64,000 nt of DNA from an uncultured Collinsella sp. (GCA_958415525.1 CATYZE010000003.1:66671-130670), one strand, 5' to 3'. Shown: positions 8,573-19,013, counted from the stretch's first letter. A program made the numbers and translations. Notes: generated by a model from the letters alone, not told the origin.

Positions 8573-9769
8573 ATGAAACTCATCAATAGAACGTCATATA
8601 TGGACACGTTGACGAGCCTTATCGGCGTGCCGGATATCAAGGTCATCACGGGCATTCGCCGTAGTGGAAAATCGAAATTGCTCGAGGCCCTTCGCGACTA
8701 CGTAGAGGCCAACCTGCCCGATTCGAATATCATCCATATCAATTACAACCTCGATGAATTCGAGGGCCTGCTCGAATACCATGCGCTACTTGCCTACGTA
8801 AAAGAGCGTCGGGCGCCCGGCAAGCAAAACTTCCTGCTTATCGACGAGGTTCAGATGTGCGACGGCTTCGAGCGCGCGATTAACAGTCTCCACGCGTCCG
8901 AGCAATACGACGTTTTCGTTACCGGATCGAACGCCTTTCTGCTATCGAGCGATCTGTCGACGCTCTTTACGGGACGAACGTTCGAGATCGAGGTATTCCC
9001 GTTCTCGTTTGAGGAGTATCGCTGCTATGGCGATGGGGGCGAGGTCGACCGCGATTTCGACGAGTACGCGAGGACCGGTGGCATGTCCGGCTCCTACCCT
9101 TATCCGTTGCAGGAGCAGCGTTATCAATATCTCTCCAACGTCTTTAAGACACTCATTGTGAGAGATATCGTTCAACGGCATAACGTGAGAAACGAATCGG
9201 CCTTGCTGCGCATTGCCGATTACATGATGGACAACGTCTCCAACATCACGTCGGCTCGCAACATTACGGACGTTTTGAATGCGGACGGGCTCAAGATTAC
9301 GAACAAGACGGTCGGCACGTACATGGGGTACCTGTGCGACGCGTTCGCCTTCTATAAGGTGCGCCGATATGACATTCGCGGCAAGAAATACCTTAAGAGC
9401 GGTGAGAAGTATTATCTGGCGGACCATGCATTTAAATACGCCCTGCTTGGAACACGCGACATGGATTGGGGTCGTGTGTACGAGAACATGGTGGCTATTG
9501 AGCTGCTGCGCCGCGGATACGAGGTGTACGTCGGCGTGCTCTACAAAAAGGAAATTGATTTTGTAGCAATCAGGCGAAGCGAGAAACTCTACATTCAGGT
9601 GAGCGACGATATCAGCTCGGATAAGACGTTCGAGAGGGAGATTTCGCCGCTCCTGAGCATTGGCGATGCGTATCCCAAGATGATTCTCGCCCGTACGCAT
9701 CACGAGACAACAGATCGCGATGGGGTGCAGGTTGTGGATCTGGCGAGATGGCTGGCCGGCGAGGCGTAG
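8573..9769 (+). CDS. AAA-family ATPase with C-terminal DUF4143 (COG1373-type)
   Basis: Walker A GIRRSGKS, Walker B FLLIDEVQ. C-terminal region with EIDFV...IQV, compatible with a PD-(D/E)xK-like fold. GAGGAGG RBS. GC content visibly lower than the flanks. Confidence 0.85.
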   Translation: MKLINRTSYMDTLTSLIGVPDIKVITGIRRSGKSKLLEALRDYVEANLPDSNIIHINYNLDEFEGLLEYHALLAYVKERRAPGKQNFLLIDEVQMCDGFERAINSLHASEQYDVFVTGSNAFLLSSDLSTLFTGRTFEIEVFPFSFEEYRCYGDGGEVDRDFDEYARTGGMSGSYPYPLQEQRYQYLSNVFKTLIVRDIVQRHNVRNESALLRIADYMMDNVSNITSARNITDVLNADGLKITNKTVGTYMGYLCDAFAFYKVRRYDIRGKKYLKSGEKYYLADHAFKYALLGTRDMDWGRVYENMVAIELLRRGYEVYVGVLYKKEIDFVAIRRSEKLYIQVSDDISSDKTFEREISPLLSIGDAYPKMILARTHHETTDRDGVQVVDLARWLAGEA

Positions 9770-9781
9770 CGCCTCTCAGGC

Positions 9782-9822
9782 CTATTCCTCAAAACTGAAT
9801 AATTTTTGATTTTGAGGAATAG
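9782..9822. repeat. Family B hairpin repeat, copy 3
   Basis: CTATTCCTCAAAA (9782-9794) and TTTTGAGGAATAG (9810-9822). Starts 13 bp after the ATPase stop. Confidence 0.85.
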
Positions 9823-9836
9823 ACTCGGCGTTCGTT

Positions 9837-10610
9837 CTACCCCAGCTCCTGCATGCGGCGGTAGATTTCGCAGATGCCCTTGATAGTGAGCTGGCCGTCG
9901 ACCACGTCGAAGGCGTCGGTCGAATCGGCGACGATGCTGGCGAGGCCGCCCGTGGCGATGACGGTGGCGTCCTCGCGCCCCAGCTCGCGCTTCATGCGCG
10001 TGACCAGGCCCTCTGCCATGGCAGCGGCACCCATTACGGCGCCGACCTTGATGCACTCCTCGGTATCGCGGCCGATGGCGTGCTCGGGTGCCTCAAGCGG
10101 AACGCTGGCGAGTTTGGCGGCGCGGGCGGCGAGCGCGTCCATGGAGATGCGGATGCCCGGCGCGATTGCTCCGCCAATGTAGTAACCGTCCTCGTCGATA
10201 ACGTCGATATTGGTCGCGGTACCAAAGTCCACCACGATCGCCGGGGCGCCGTAGAAGGTCTCGGCCGCGACGGCGTTGGCGATGCGGTCCGCACCCACGG
10301 CCTGGGGGCGCGCCGCGCGCAGCTTGGTCACGGCCGCCGTCTGCGGGCCGATGACGATAGCGTCTGCTGCGATGCGATCGGCAACGGCGTGCCACTCGCG
10401 CGAGAGCTGCGGCACCACGCCGGCAAAGGCGATTGCGTCGACCGCGTCGAGCGAGAGGTCGTACATCTTAAAGAAGCCCATCAGGCGCACGTGGATCTCG
10501 TCGGCGGTAAAGGAGCGGTCGGTGGGCATGCGCCACGACTGCACCAGCTCGTCTCCGTCAAACAGGCCCATGGCCGTCTGCGTATTTCCCATATCGATAG
10601 CGAGCAGCAT
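9837..10610 (-). CDS. coaX: Type III pantothenate kinase
   Basis: 257 aa. MLLAIDMGNTQT N-terminus and a DxGTAT-like motif (VVDFGTATNIDV), characteristic of CoaX/Baf. Confidence 0.9.
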   Translation of the reverse strand: MLLAIDMGNTQTAMGLFDGDELVQSWRMPTDRSFTADEIHVRLMGFFKMYDLSLDAVDAIAFAGVVPQLSREWHAVADRIAADAIVIGPQTAAVTKLRAARPQAVGADRIANAVAAETFYGAPAIVVDFGTATNIDVIDEDGYYIGGAIAPGIRISMDALAARAAKLASVPLEAPEHAIGRDTEECIKVGAVMGAAAMAEGLVTRMKRELGREDATVIATGGLASIVADSTDAFDVVDGQLTIKGICEIYRRMQELG

Positions 10611-10804
10611 GTCTACTCCCGGTTTGGCGTAAAAGGACGCGCACCATTGTATACGCGCCGCCGGCGTTGGGCTGCGAGTCGTTTATGGGGACACATGGGC
10701 TGAAAGATATAAATATGAAGGAATTATGCTCTACGAGATTTTCCTTGCCGTTTACCGAACTCCCGCGTAATATTCTTTCTTGCGCACATGAGGCGCCCAG
10801 ACAT

Positions 10805-10881
10805 TGCGGGGTGGAGCAGTCTGGTAGCTCGCCGGGCTCATAACCCGGAGGTCGTAGGTTCAAATCCTGCCCCCGCGACCA
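10805..10881 (+). tRNA. Initiator tRNA-fMet (anticodon CAT), apparently intact, CCA encoded
   Basis: The cloverleaf folds by hand: acceptor TGCGGGG/CCCCGCG (weak U1-G72), D-stem GAGC/GCTC with A11-U24, anticodon stem CCGGG/CCCGG with the three G-C pairs typical of initiators, loop CTCATAA, T-arm GTAGG-TTCAAAT-CCTGC. Confidence 0.9.
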
Positions 10882-10891
10882 AGAACTTGCA

Positions 10892-10921
10892 GCTCGTCGG
10901 CTTAGCCGGCGAGCTTTTTTA
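10892..10921 (+). terminator. Rho-independent terminator after tRNA-fMet
   Basis: GCTCGTCGGC-tta-GCCGGCGAGC followed by TTTTTT. Confidence 0.75.
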
Positions 10922-10968
10922 TTATTCCGGGACTGTGTTTTTGACCCGGGTCTCAACCTCTCAAACAA

Positions 10969-11108
10969 AATCTCAATCTGTAACACCTGGACCTTATTTG
11001 GACGGCTAGATGTTGCAGATTTAGATTGAAACGGATGGGCCGAGGGGAATGTCTCGATCTGTAACAGCAAGACCCAATTTTGGTCGGTAGATGTTACAGA
11101 TTGAGACA
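10969..11108. repeat. Two units of the 81-bp hairpin tandem repeat (family C)
   Basis: Unit arms at 10969-10985/11011-11027 and 11050-11066/11092-11108 (TGTCTCGATCTGTAACA ... TGTTACAGATTGAGACA). Confidence 0.85.
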
Positions 11109-11163
11109 TTTGGGCAGGACGGGCCCTCCATACCCAATCTGACACAAGCAAGCAGGGCGCAAA

Positions 11164-11247
11164 CTGGGGAACATTACTGCTGAACTAGGGAACTTTACTA
11201 GGGAACTAGGGAATTTTACTGCGGAACTGGGGAATGACTGGGGTATA
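11164..11247 (+). repeat. Four tandem 21-bp direct repeats (iteron-like), CT(A/G)GGGAAYWTTACTGNNGAA
   Basis: Units start at 11164, 11185, 11206 and 11227. The last unit ends 37 bp before the ATG at 11284. Confidence 0.8.
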
Positions 11248-11283
11248 GTAGGGGCTGACTAATGATTCAATCGAAGGACAGCT

Positions 11284-12783
11284 ATGTTCATAACGAATGA
11301 TATCGAGTTGGTCGCTGCGGTTGAGCACATGAGGGCCGCAGGGACGGACCTTGCCGAATACGAACTCAAAACTGCGGCAGGTGGGTTTCCCAAGACGATG
11401 CCGGATTCTATCTCTGCTTTTGCCAACGGAGCTGGTGGAACGATCGTTTTTGGTATCAGCGAAAAAGACGGCTTTCATTCGGTGGATATCGATGTAAAGA
11501 CGATTCAGGCGCGTAGTGCCCAAGCGGCGAGGGAACTTGTTGAGCCTCCCCAGATGGTCGACATCATGGTTTTGGAGTTTGAGTCGAAGCCTGTCGTTGT
11601 GGTCAATGTCCCCGAGGCTTCGCCACGAGAGAAGCCATGTTATGTCAAAAAGCTCGGTCAACGCCTTGGCTCATACATAAGAACGGGCGATGGCGACCAC
11701 AAGATGTCATCTTACGAAATCGACCGATACATCGAGAACCAATACCGGAGCGCGCGCAATGACGCTGTTGTCGTTGAGGGCGCAACGATGGATGACTTTG
11801 ACCAAGAATTGCTTGCTGGATGGCTCTCGCGAGTGAGGGCAACAACGTTGGGCAGGTCGGCGGCTTTAAGCGACGAGGAGCTCATGGCAAATCGGCGTGT
11901 GGTTTCCCCCGACGCTGAAGGGATTTTGAGGCCAACCGTTGCAGGAATTATGGCGTTGGGTTTTAGTCCACAACGGTTTTTTCCTCGAGCTAATGTTGTG
12001 TTCACAGCCTATCCGACACCGAAAAAGGGCGAGGTGGGGAGAGCCGGGGAACGTTTTTCTGATTCGGTTGATATCGATGGGCCAATACCCATCATGGTGG
12101 TTGATGCGGTGCGGGCTGCATCACGAAACATGAGGCATGGCGCAATTGTAAAAGGCGCGTTGAGGGAAAACGTGCCGGACTATCCGTTGGCCGCAGTCCG
12201 TGAGGCCGTTGCCAACGCGTTGATGCATAGGGATTATTCTCCCGATGCGCTGGGCACTCCCGTAATGATTGATCTCTATCCCGATCGTCTAGAGCTGTCC
12301 AACCCCGGAGGTCTGTTCGGTTCGCTGACGGTCGAGCGCTTGGGGCAACGAGGCGCAACGGCTTCGAGGAACCAATTTCTAGCGCGAATTCTCGAGGACG
12401 TGCCGTATTCCGATGTAGATGGCAGGGTCGGTCGTGTCGTCGAAAATCGAGGCTCAGGCTATCCAACGATTAACAGGGAGCTCGAGCAGGCCTTGATGCC
12501 CGCACCGATTGCCAAGAGCACTCTCGATGAGTTCGTCTTGATCATGAGGCATCGGCGTATGACGGATCAGGAAGACCGCTCATATACAAAGGAAAACGTG
12601 AAAACTGCCATTCTGGGTTACATCGCTGATCGTGAGAGCGTAAGCACGTCGGAACTTGCAAAAGCGTCGGGGATGTCAGTGAAAACGGTGCGCCGATATC
12701 TGTCTGCGCTTATGGAAGAAGGAATTGTCGAGGGAATCGGGACGGCCAATAGCCCCAAGCGACGCTATCGCCTGCGTCGATAG
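11284..12783 (+). CDS. ATP-binding protein with an N-terminal Schlafen/AlbA_2 domain, a HATPase_c_4-like region and a C-terminal winged HTH (COG2865-type)
   Basis: N-terminus ELKTAAGGFPKTMPDSISAFANGAGGTIVFGISEKDG (AlbA_2). Middle AVREAVANALMHRDYS...LELSNPGGL. C-terminus SVSTSELAKASGMSVKTVRRYLSALMEEGIV (HTH). Lower GC than the surrounding backbone. Confidence 0.8.
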   Translation: MFITNDIELVAAVEHMRAAGTDLAEYELKTAAGGFPKTMPDSISAFANGAGGTIVFGISEKDGFHSVDIDVKTIQARSAQAARELVEPPQMVDIMVLEFESKPVVVVNVPEASPREKPCYVKKLGQRLGSYIRTGDGDHKMSSYEIDRYIENQYRSARNDAVVVEGATMDDFDQELLAGWLSRVRATTLGRSAALSDEELMANRRVVSPDAEGILRPTVAGIMALGFSPQRFFPRANVVFTAYPTPKKGEVGRAGERFSDSVDIDGPIPIMVVDAVRAASRNMRHGAIVKGALRENVPDYPLAAVREAVANALMHRDYSPDALGTPVMIDLYPDRLELSNPGGLFGSLTVERLGQRGATASRNQFLARILEDVPYSDVDGRVGRVVENRGSGYPTINRELEQALMPAPIAKSTLDEFVLIMRHRRMTDQEDRSYTKENVKTAILGYIADRESVSTSELAKASGMSVKTVRRYLSALMEEGIVEGIGTANSPKRRYRLRR

Positions 12784-12845
12784 GAACAGCTTGGAAGCTC
12801 GACAGGCTCATAACCCGGAGGTCGTAGGTTCAAATTCCGCCCCCG
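12783..12845 (+). pseudogene. Decayed copy of tRNA-fMet (D-arm to T-arm homology, acceptor stem lost)
   Basis: GGAACAGCTTGGAAGCTCG versus GGAGCAGTCTGGTAGCTCG in the intact gene, followed by a 30-nt identical core GCTCATAACCCGGAGGTCGTAGGTTCAAAT. No complementary acceptor halves. Overlaps the stop codon of the preceding CDS. Confidence 0.7.
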
Positions 12846-13163
12846 AGGCGGATGCCACCTGCGATTCCGATCAGTCCGCCACGCCCTCTCAGGAGGTCTA
12901 ACCCATGGATCCCATTCTTGCCGAGGTCTACTCGACCGTTCTACCCGCCGCGCCAAGCGCACCGAGCGCGACCTCGGTGCGCTCAAGCAGGCCCTCGTCG
13001 CCCGCGAGGAAAAGCTCGAGCGCTAAAGGGGCCTACCCACCCTTGCCGGATTCGAACGTGGCAAGAACGGCTATGGAGTGGCCGTACTTCCCCTCATATA
13101 GTGGTGTCATCGAAGCTTCGCATGCACTTCGAACGGTTCCACGATAACGAGAAAGGGAAGCCG

Positions 13164-13469
13164 ATGAAGAAGATTATCCTCTTGTGCAATTCCGGCATGT
13201 CTACGAGCCTCATGGTTCAGAAGATGAAGGATGCCGCCGCCGCCGAGGGCCTCGAGTGCGCCATTGCCGCTTACTCCACTGATAAGGCGGCAGAGGTCGC
13301 CTCGGATGCCGACTGCATTTTGCTGGGCCCTCAGATTCAGTTCCAAGCCGATGAAGTTCGCGCGGCATGCCCGGGCGTGCCGGTTGCCGTCATTGACATG
13401 GTGGCGTACGGCACGATGGATGGCAACGTTGCGCTTGCCCAGGCCAAATCCCTTATGGGTGAGAACTAG
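13164..13469 (+). CDS. PTS lactose/cellobiose-family EIIB component
   Basis: MKKIILLCNSGMSTSLMVQKM carries the phospho-Cys motif. About 100 aa. In-frame ATG at 13164 with an upstream GAAAGGGAAG. Confidence 0.9.
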   Translation: MKKIILLCNSGMSTSLMVQKMKDAAAAEGLECAIAAYSTDKAAEVASDADCILLGPQIQFQADEVRAACPGVPVAVIDMVAYGTMDGNVALAQAKSLMGEN

Positions 13470-13483
13470 GAGGCGCGTCGCAC

Positions 13484-14746
13484 ATGGCATCCATGAACGG
13501 TATCATTGCCAAGATTTCTTCTTGGGGTAACGCTGTCAGCAAAAATACGATTCTCCAGGCGATTTCGTCGGGCATCATGTCGATGTTCCCCATCATCATC
13601 GTCGGATCGTTCGCAAGCTTGTTCTCGGGCATTCCCATTCCGGCTTATCAGGAGTTCCTTACAACGAGCGGCGTCAATGTGGCGCTTTCTGCCGTGGTGA
13701 ACGCAACCACCAACATGCTCGGCCTGTTCTTCACCTACGGTGTTGCGCGCTCGTACGGTGAGAACATCGGGGTTAAGGCTCCTGCCGCCGGTGTGCTCGC
13801 CCTTGTTGTCTATGTTGCGCTGATGCCTACGCTGACTTCAGAAGATGGTGTGACGTCGCTTGCTTTTGACTATCTGGGCACTAAAGGCATGATCTTGGGC
13901 ATCGTTATTGCGTTCCTTGCAACGAAGATCTTCCACCTTATTGTTTCTAAGAACATTGTTATTAAGATGCCCGCTGGCACGCCCGACTTTGTGTCCAACA
14001 GTTTCGTTTCGCTCATTCCCGCGTTTGCCATTGCGCTGTGCGCTATCGTGGTGCGCATGATCTTTGCGCTGACTCCCTGGGGCGACGCGTTCAGCTGTTT
14101 CTACGCTCTCATCCAGATGCCCATCCAGGGTCTGATTGGCGGCAACATCGCTTCCGTTGTTCTCATTAGCGTGATCATGTGCCTGCTGTGGTGCTTCGGC
14201 ATTCATCCCGGTTTTATCACGAGCCTCATCGGCCCGCTCTTCATGATGCTCGATGGTGCCAACCAGGCCGCCTACGCTGCTGGAGAGGCTCTCCCCAACA
14301 TCATCGGTATGAACTTCAATTACATTACGACCATCGCAATTGCCTACCCCGCCGTTCCCATTGCCATCCTTTTGGTCGCCCGTTCCGCCCAGCTGCGTAC
14401 GGTCGGCAAGGTGGCGCTGGCGCCCGGTTTCTTTGGCATCAACGAGCCGATTATTTTCGGCCTCCCCATTGTGCTGAACCCCGTGGCTGCTATTCCGTTT
14501 ATCGTGACGCCTCTTGTCAATGTCATTGGAATGTACGCGCTGCAGTCCCTGGGTATTGTGGCAAAATGCATCGGCATCCTGCCGTTCAACATCCCGGTGG
14601 TCATCACTGGCATGCTTTCCGGTGGTATCAGCATCGCCATCGCTGAGGTCGTGTTTCTCATCATCGATATCTTGATTTGGATTCCGTTTATCAAGGCGAT
14701 GGACGCCGCCAAGCTCAAGGCGGAGCAGGAAGCGCAGGCGGCATAG
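13484..14746 (+). CDS. PTS lactose/cellobiose-family EIIC permease
   Basis: 420 aa with about 10 hydrophobic segments. N-terminus typical of CelB/ChbC-type EIIC. Directly follows EIIB. Confidence 0.9.
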   Translation: MASMNGIIAKISSWGNAVSKNTILQAISSGIMSMFPIIIVGSFASLFSGIPIPAYQEFLTTSGVNVALSAVVNATTNMLGLFFTYGVARSYGENIGVKAPAAGVLALVVYVALMPTLTSEDGVTSLAFDYLGTKGMILGIVIAFLATKIFHLIVSKNIVIKMPAGTPDFVSNSFVSLIPAFAIALCAIVVRMIFALTPWGDAFSCFYALIQMPIQGLIGGNIASVVLISVIMCLLWCFGIHPGFITSLIGPLFMMLDGANQAAYAAGEALPNIIGMNFNYITTIAIAYPAVPIAILLVARSAQLRTVGKVALAPGFFGINEPIIFGLPIVLNPVAAIPFIVTPLVNVIGMYALQSLGIVAKCIGILPFNIPVVITGMLSGGISIAIAEVVFLIIDILIWIPFIKAMDAAKLKAEQEAQAA

Positions 14747-14781
14747 TAACAAGTCCCCTTCATATTGCCGCGTTTGTATTG

Positions 14782-14822
14782 CGAGGTGGGCGGTGCTGCA
14801 GAAGCGCCGCCCACCTCGTTTT
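14782..14822 (+). terminator. Rho-independent terminator after EIIC
   Basis: CGAGGTGGGCGG ... CCGCCCACCTCG (12-bp stem) followed by TTTT. Confidence 0.8.
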
Positions 14823-15000
14823 GTATACCGACGCCGCGTATTGCGCGGGCTCGATTCGTAGCGCCGTATGGATTGGATGGTGCGGACGACACCTCCACCA
14901 CAAGGACGACGCCTCCCCACAAGAAGGGCCCCGGGCTGAACGCCCGGGGCCCTGTACTTGGAGTTGCCGATTATCTCTAGCCGGTTATAGCGCACAAGAT

Positions 15001-15360
15001 TTACGCTGCGTTGACCTTCTTCTCCAGTTCATCGATACGGTTCTGCATGGCGTCGATCATGCGGTACAGGTCAACCAGCTCGCGTGCAAAAGCCTTGGTG
15101 ATCTCGGTCGCCATGAGCTGATCCTCTGCATGAACTTGAATAAGCGATGCCGGGGCATTGACTCCCTGAGCTGCGGAGGAGATCATTTCCAGATGAACGT
15201 CGTGGCTTTCCAGAAAGTTTGCATCGCCATCTGCAATGAGGGCGGGAGACTCATCTGCTCGGCCATCTTTCGCGTGCTTGATGGCCTCCATGTAGGCGCT
15301 CTTTGCAGTGCCTGCTGTGCTGATGAGCTTAAAAACTTGCAGTTCTTCATCGGGAGTCAT
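15001..15360 (-). CDS. PTS lactose/cellobiose-family EIIA component
   Basis: MTPDEELQVFKLISTAGTAKSAYMEAIK...VHAEDQLM, about 119 aa. I prefer the internal ATG at 15360, which has an AAAGGA RBS, over the ORF-track start at 15423. Confidence 0.85.
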   Translation of the reverse strand: MTPDEELQVFKLISTAGTAKSAYMEAIKHAKDGRADESPALIADGDANFLESHDVHLEMISSAAQGVNAPASLIQVHAEDQLMATEITKAFARELVDLYRMIDAMQNRIDELEKKVNAA

Positions 15361-15456
15361 AGTGCAATATCCTTTCTGTTGTTGCGCGAGCGCAACAAGG
15401 CAGCGTTGCGCTCGCTTGTCCATGTGACATAAACAGCCGTGTGACTGATTGGCGAA

Positions 15457-16884
<1,428 letters not shown>

Positions 16885-18783
16885 CTAGCCGCACAGGGCA
16901 CGCATGAGGGTTTCGTAGCTGCCACCCTCTACGATGCAGCGTACCCGCTTCTCGTCGGTAAGAAGCCGTGCGGTCGTCTGATAGAACCGTTGAGTCACGT
17001 CTGCGGTTGAGTCGCAGATCGACGTAAGGATGATGAGTTGGACGTCATTGGTTTTCCAACGGATGGGGCGCTTGAGAACACCCACGACCACGAGGTTCTC
17101 GTCGGGAAGCACCTCTATGGGATGAGGCAGAGCTGCCAGGTTACCAAAATCGGTGCTTCCATGTTTCTCACGCTCCAACACGGAGCCGAGGAAGTTGTCC
17201 GGTAGGGGTCGCACTTGTCGGACGAGTTCGCAGAGTTCGGCGAGCGCGTCGTCTCGACGCCGCGACGTGAGGCCCGTGAAAAAGAACTCTGGCCGGTAGA
17301 ACCGGCGTAGATATGAGCTATCCCCCAGTTCAAGTCTATGGCGTACGCGGTTCATATCGCGCGCCTCAAGGAAGCTGTTCACCTGCATGATGGGCTTGGG
17401 AACCGCTCGGTCAATGGGGACGGACGAGAAGATGTAGTCGAATGTATTGAGGTCGATGTGGTTGAGCTCAAAGACGCTGCAGACGGTGAGCTCGCTGATG
17501 TAATCGCCGAATGCCTCTTCAAACTGATAAGCAAAAAAGCGCGAGCTCGATTTACCCGTCGCACAAACCAGGAGCACACGGCTCTTATGAGGAATGCGTC
17601 GCTGCATGACGAGTCCCATTTGAAACATTATGGTGAAGTAGGCAATCTCGTGCTCGGATACGGGGCGTCCGTAGTGAGCAGCGAGTGGCAATGCCGCCTG
17701 CTGCGCCAGTGCGTGGGCGAAGGGGTAGGTGCGGCGTGTTTCTGCAAGCTGGGGGTTTGTGATTTCGATGCCATAGCGCATGCGTATATCAAATGCAATG
17801 AGATGGTTTCCCAGCATAAGGCGCAGACGCAAATTATCGCTGAAGTCGACGCCGTACATATCGTAGATGGCATCGAGCATAGGGTCGATGAGATGCTGGA
17901 TATCCTCCGAGATAACGAGGTTCCCATCGAGTCCGAATGTGTCGTGGCGCACGACACCGCCGGCAACGAAGGCGGCTATGAGCTGGACCTCGCCTTCGGT
18001 ATCGTCAAGCGGGATGTCGCGTTCTTCCAGCTGTTCTATAACGACGTGCGCGCAATGTCGGTCGTGCTCCGCGCCCTCCCAGGTGTTTCGCCCGGAGACG
18101 TCCTCTATGATATGGCCACGGTGGCAGCGTGCGCTTGACACCACGAGATAGAGAATGAATGTTTCGAGGGCGGCCTCGGACATTACGACGTTTTCGGCAG
18201 CAAAGGTCTGCACGACAAGGTCTCCGATGATTGCCGCGGCTTGATCTTGTACGCTGTGGTAATCATCAAAACCGACCGTATGGAATCGCAAGCAGTGCAT
18301 GATTGCCTTGCGGAAGGCAAATTCGTCTCCGACGGCTCTCATCCCGTATCCAGGGACACGCTCCACCGTGAGGCCGGAGCGGGTGAGGATAGACTCTGCA
18401 TGGCGAATTTCCTGCGAGAGTGTCTTGGTAGAGACAAACAAGGCTTCCGACTCGTCCGCGAGCTTGAAGAACGATCCGCTTATGAAGCGCTCTACGAGAT
18501 ACATAAGACGCTCTTCGGCGGTTTCAGGCGTGTGGCGGGCAATGCGTTGTAGGCTACGCTGTCGCCAGGCATGGTAGCGCTCAGCGTCGTTAATCTCGAG
18601 GCGGTATCCGTGGCGTGGCTTGGAGACAAGCTCGGCGCCGCTTTCTGCAAGGTTCTGCCGGAGCGCCTTAAGGCGCGTGCGCGTCGTCTTCTCGCTCTTT
18701 TGAATATATTGGGCAAGTTGTTCTGCCGTTACATAGTCACTCTGCTCGATGAGCTCAAGAAGATTGAGGAGCTCCCTATCCAT
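16885..18783 (-). CDS. PRD-domain transcriptional regulator with N-terminal HTH and C-terminal EIIB/EIIA-like domains (LicR/MtlR type)
   Basis: 632 aa. N-terminal wHTH (YVTAEQLAQYIQKSEKTTRTRLKAL), central PRD-like regions, an EIIB-like LLVCATGKSSSRF and an EIIA-like C-terminus. Confidence 0.8.
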   Translation of the reverse strand: MDRELLNLLELIEQSDYVTAEQLAQYIQKSEKTTRTRLKALRQNLAESGAELVSKPRHGYRLEINDAERYHAWRQRSLQRIARHTPETAEERLMYLVERFISGSFFKLADESEALFVSTKTLSQEIRHAESILTRSGLTVERVPGYGMRAVGDEFAFRKAIMHCLRFHTVGFDDYHSVQDQAAAIIGDLVVQTFAAENVVMSEAALETFILYLVVSSARCHRGHIIEDVSGRNTWEGAEHDRHCAHVVIEQLEERDIPLDDTEGEVQLIAAFVAGGVVRHDTFGLDGNLVISEDIQHLIDPMLDAIYDMYGVDFSDNLRLRLMLGNHLIAFDIRMRYGIEITNPQLAETRRTYPFAHALAQQAALPLAAHYGRPVSEHEIAYFTIMFQMGLVMQRRIPHKSRVLLVCATGKSSSRFFAYQFEEAFGDYISELTVCSVFELNHIDLNTFDYIFSSVPIDRAVPKPIMQVNSFLEARDMNRVRHRLELGDSSYLRRFYRPEFFFTGLTSRRRDDALAELCELVRQVRPLPDNFLGSVLEREKHGSTDFGNLAALPHPIEVLPDENLVVVGVLKRPIRWKTNDVQLIILTSICDSTADVTQRFYQTTARLLTDEKRVRCIVEGGSYETLMRALCG

Positions 18784-19013
18784 GTCGCCCCCTAGGGCAT
18801 CGGGGCATTTCGCCGCATTTAGATATCGTTGATAGAAATACTATACGAGCGCTACGCCTAGCAGCTCAATTGCCTCATTTACCGGATTGCGCGCGGAAAA
18901 AGCCGTCCTTGAGCGGACGGGGACGTCCTATACCATGGGTGGCAAACGGCAGAGTACAACCGATGGCGCAAAGTGAGTCTGTTCTCGCTGTGCGCGTAAA
19001 GGAGGCGCTTGGG

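Noticed and set aside
8421-9822. Integron gene cassette with attC sites
   Set aside because: The palindromes lack the GTTRRRY core and the extrahelical-base asymmetry of attC. Two copies sit upstream of the gene, and no intI gene is in the window. The cassette idea is retained only in generic form.
10558-11151. 197-aa minus-strand ORF, plus 22818-23006(-) and 10788-11009(+)
   Set aside because: They run through the tRNA gene, its terminator and the hairpin repeats. The repeated LLLQIE peptide simply mirrors the DNA repeat.
13024-13108. tRNA-like fragment on the minus strand (contains GTTCGAATCC)
   Set aside because: The flanking bases do not form a 5-bp T-stem or an acceptor stem. On the plus strand it is simply two small hairpins (CTTGCC...GGCAAG and ACGGC...GCCGT) in the PTS leader.
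12905-13147. 80-aa ORF with a well-placed AGGAGG RBS, and an alternative frame ending ...RRAKRTERDLGALKQALVAREEKLER at 13023-13025
   Set aside because: The 80-aa product is Ser/Pro/Ala-rich with no motif. The alternative frame looks more protein-like but has no start codon, so it is possibly the C-terminal relic of a gene lost at the island junction. The evidence is insufficient to call either.
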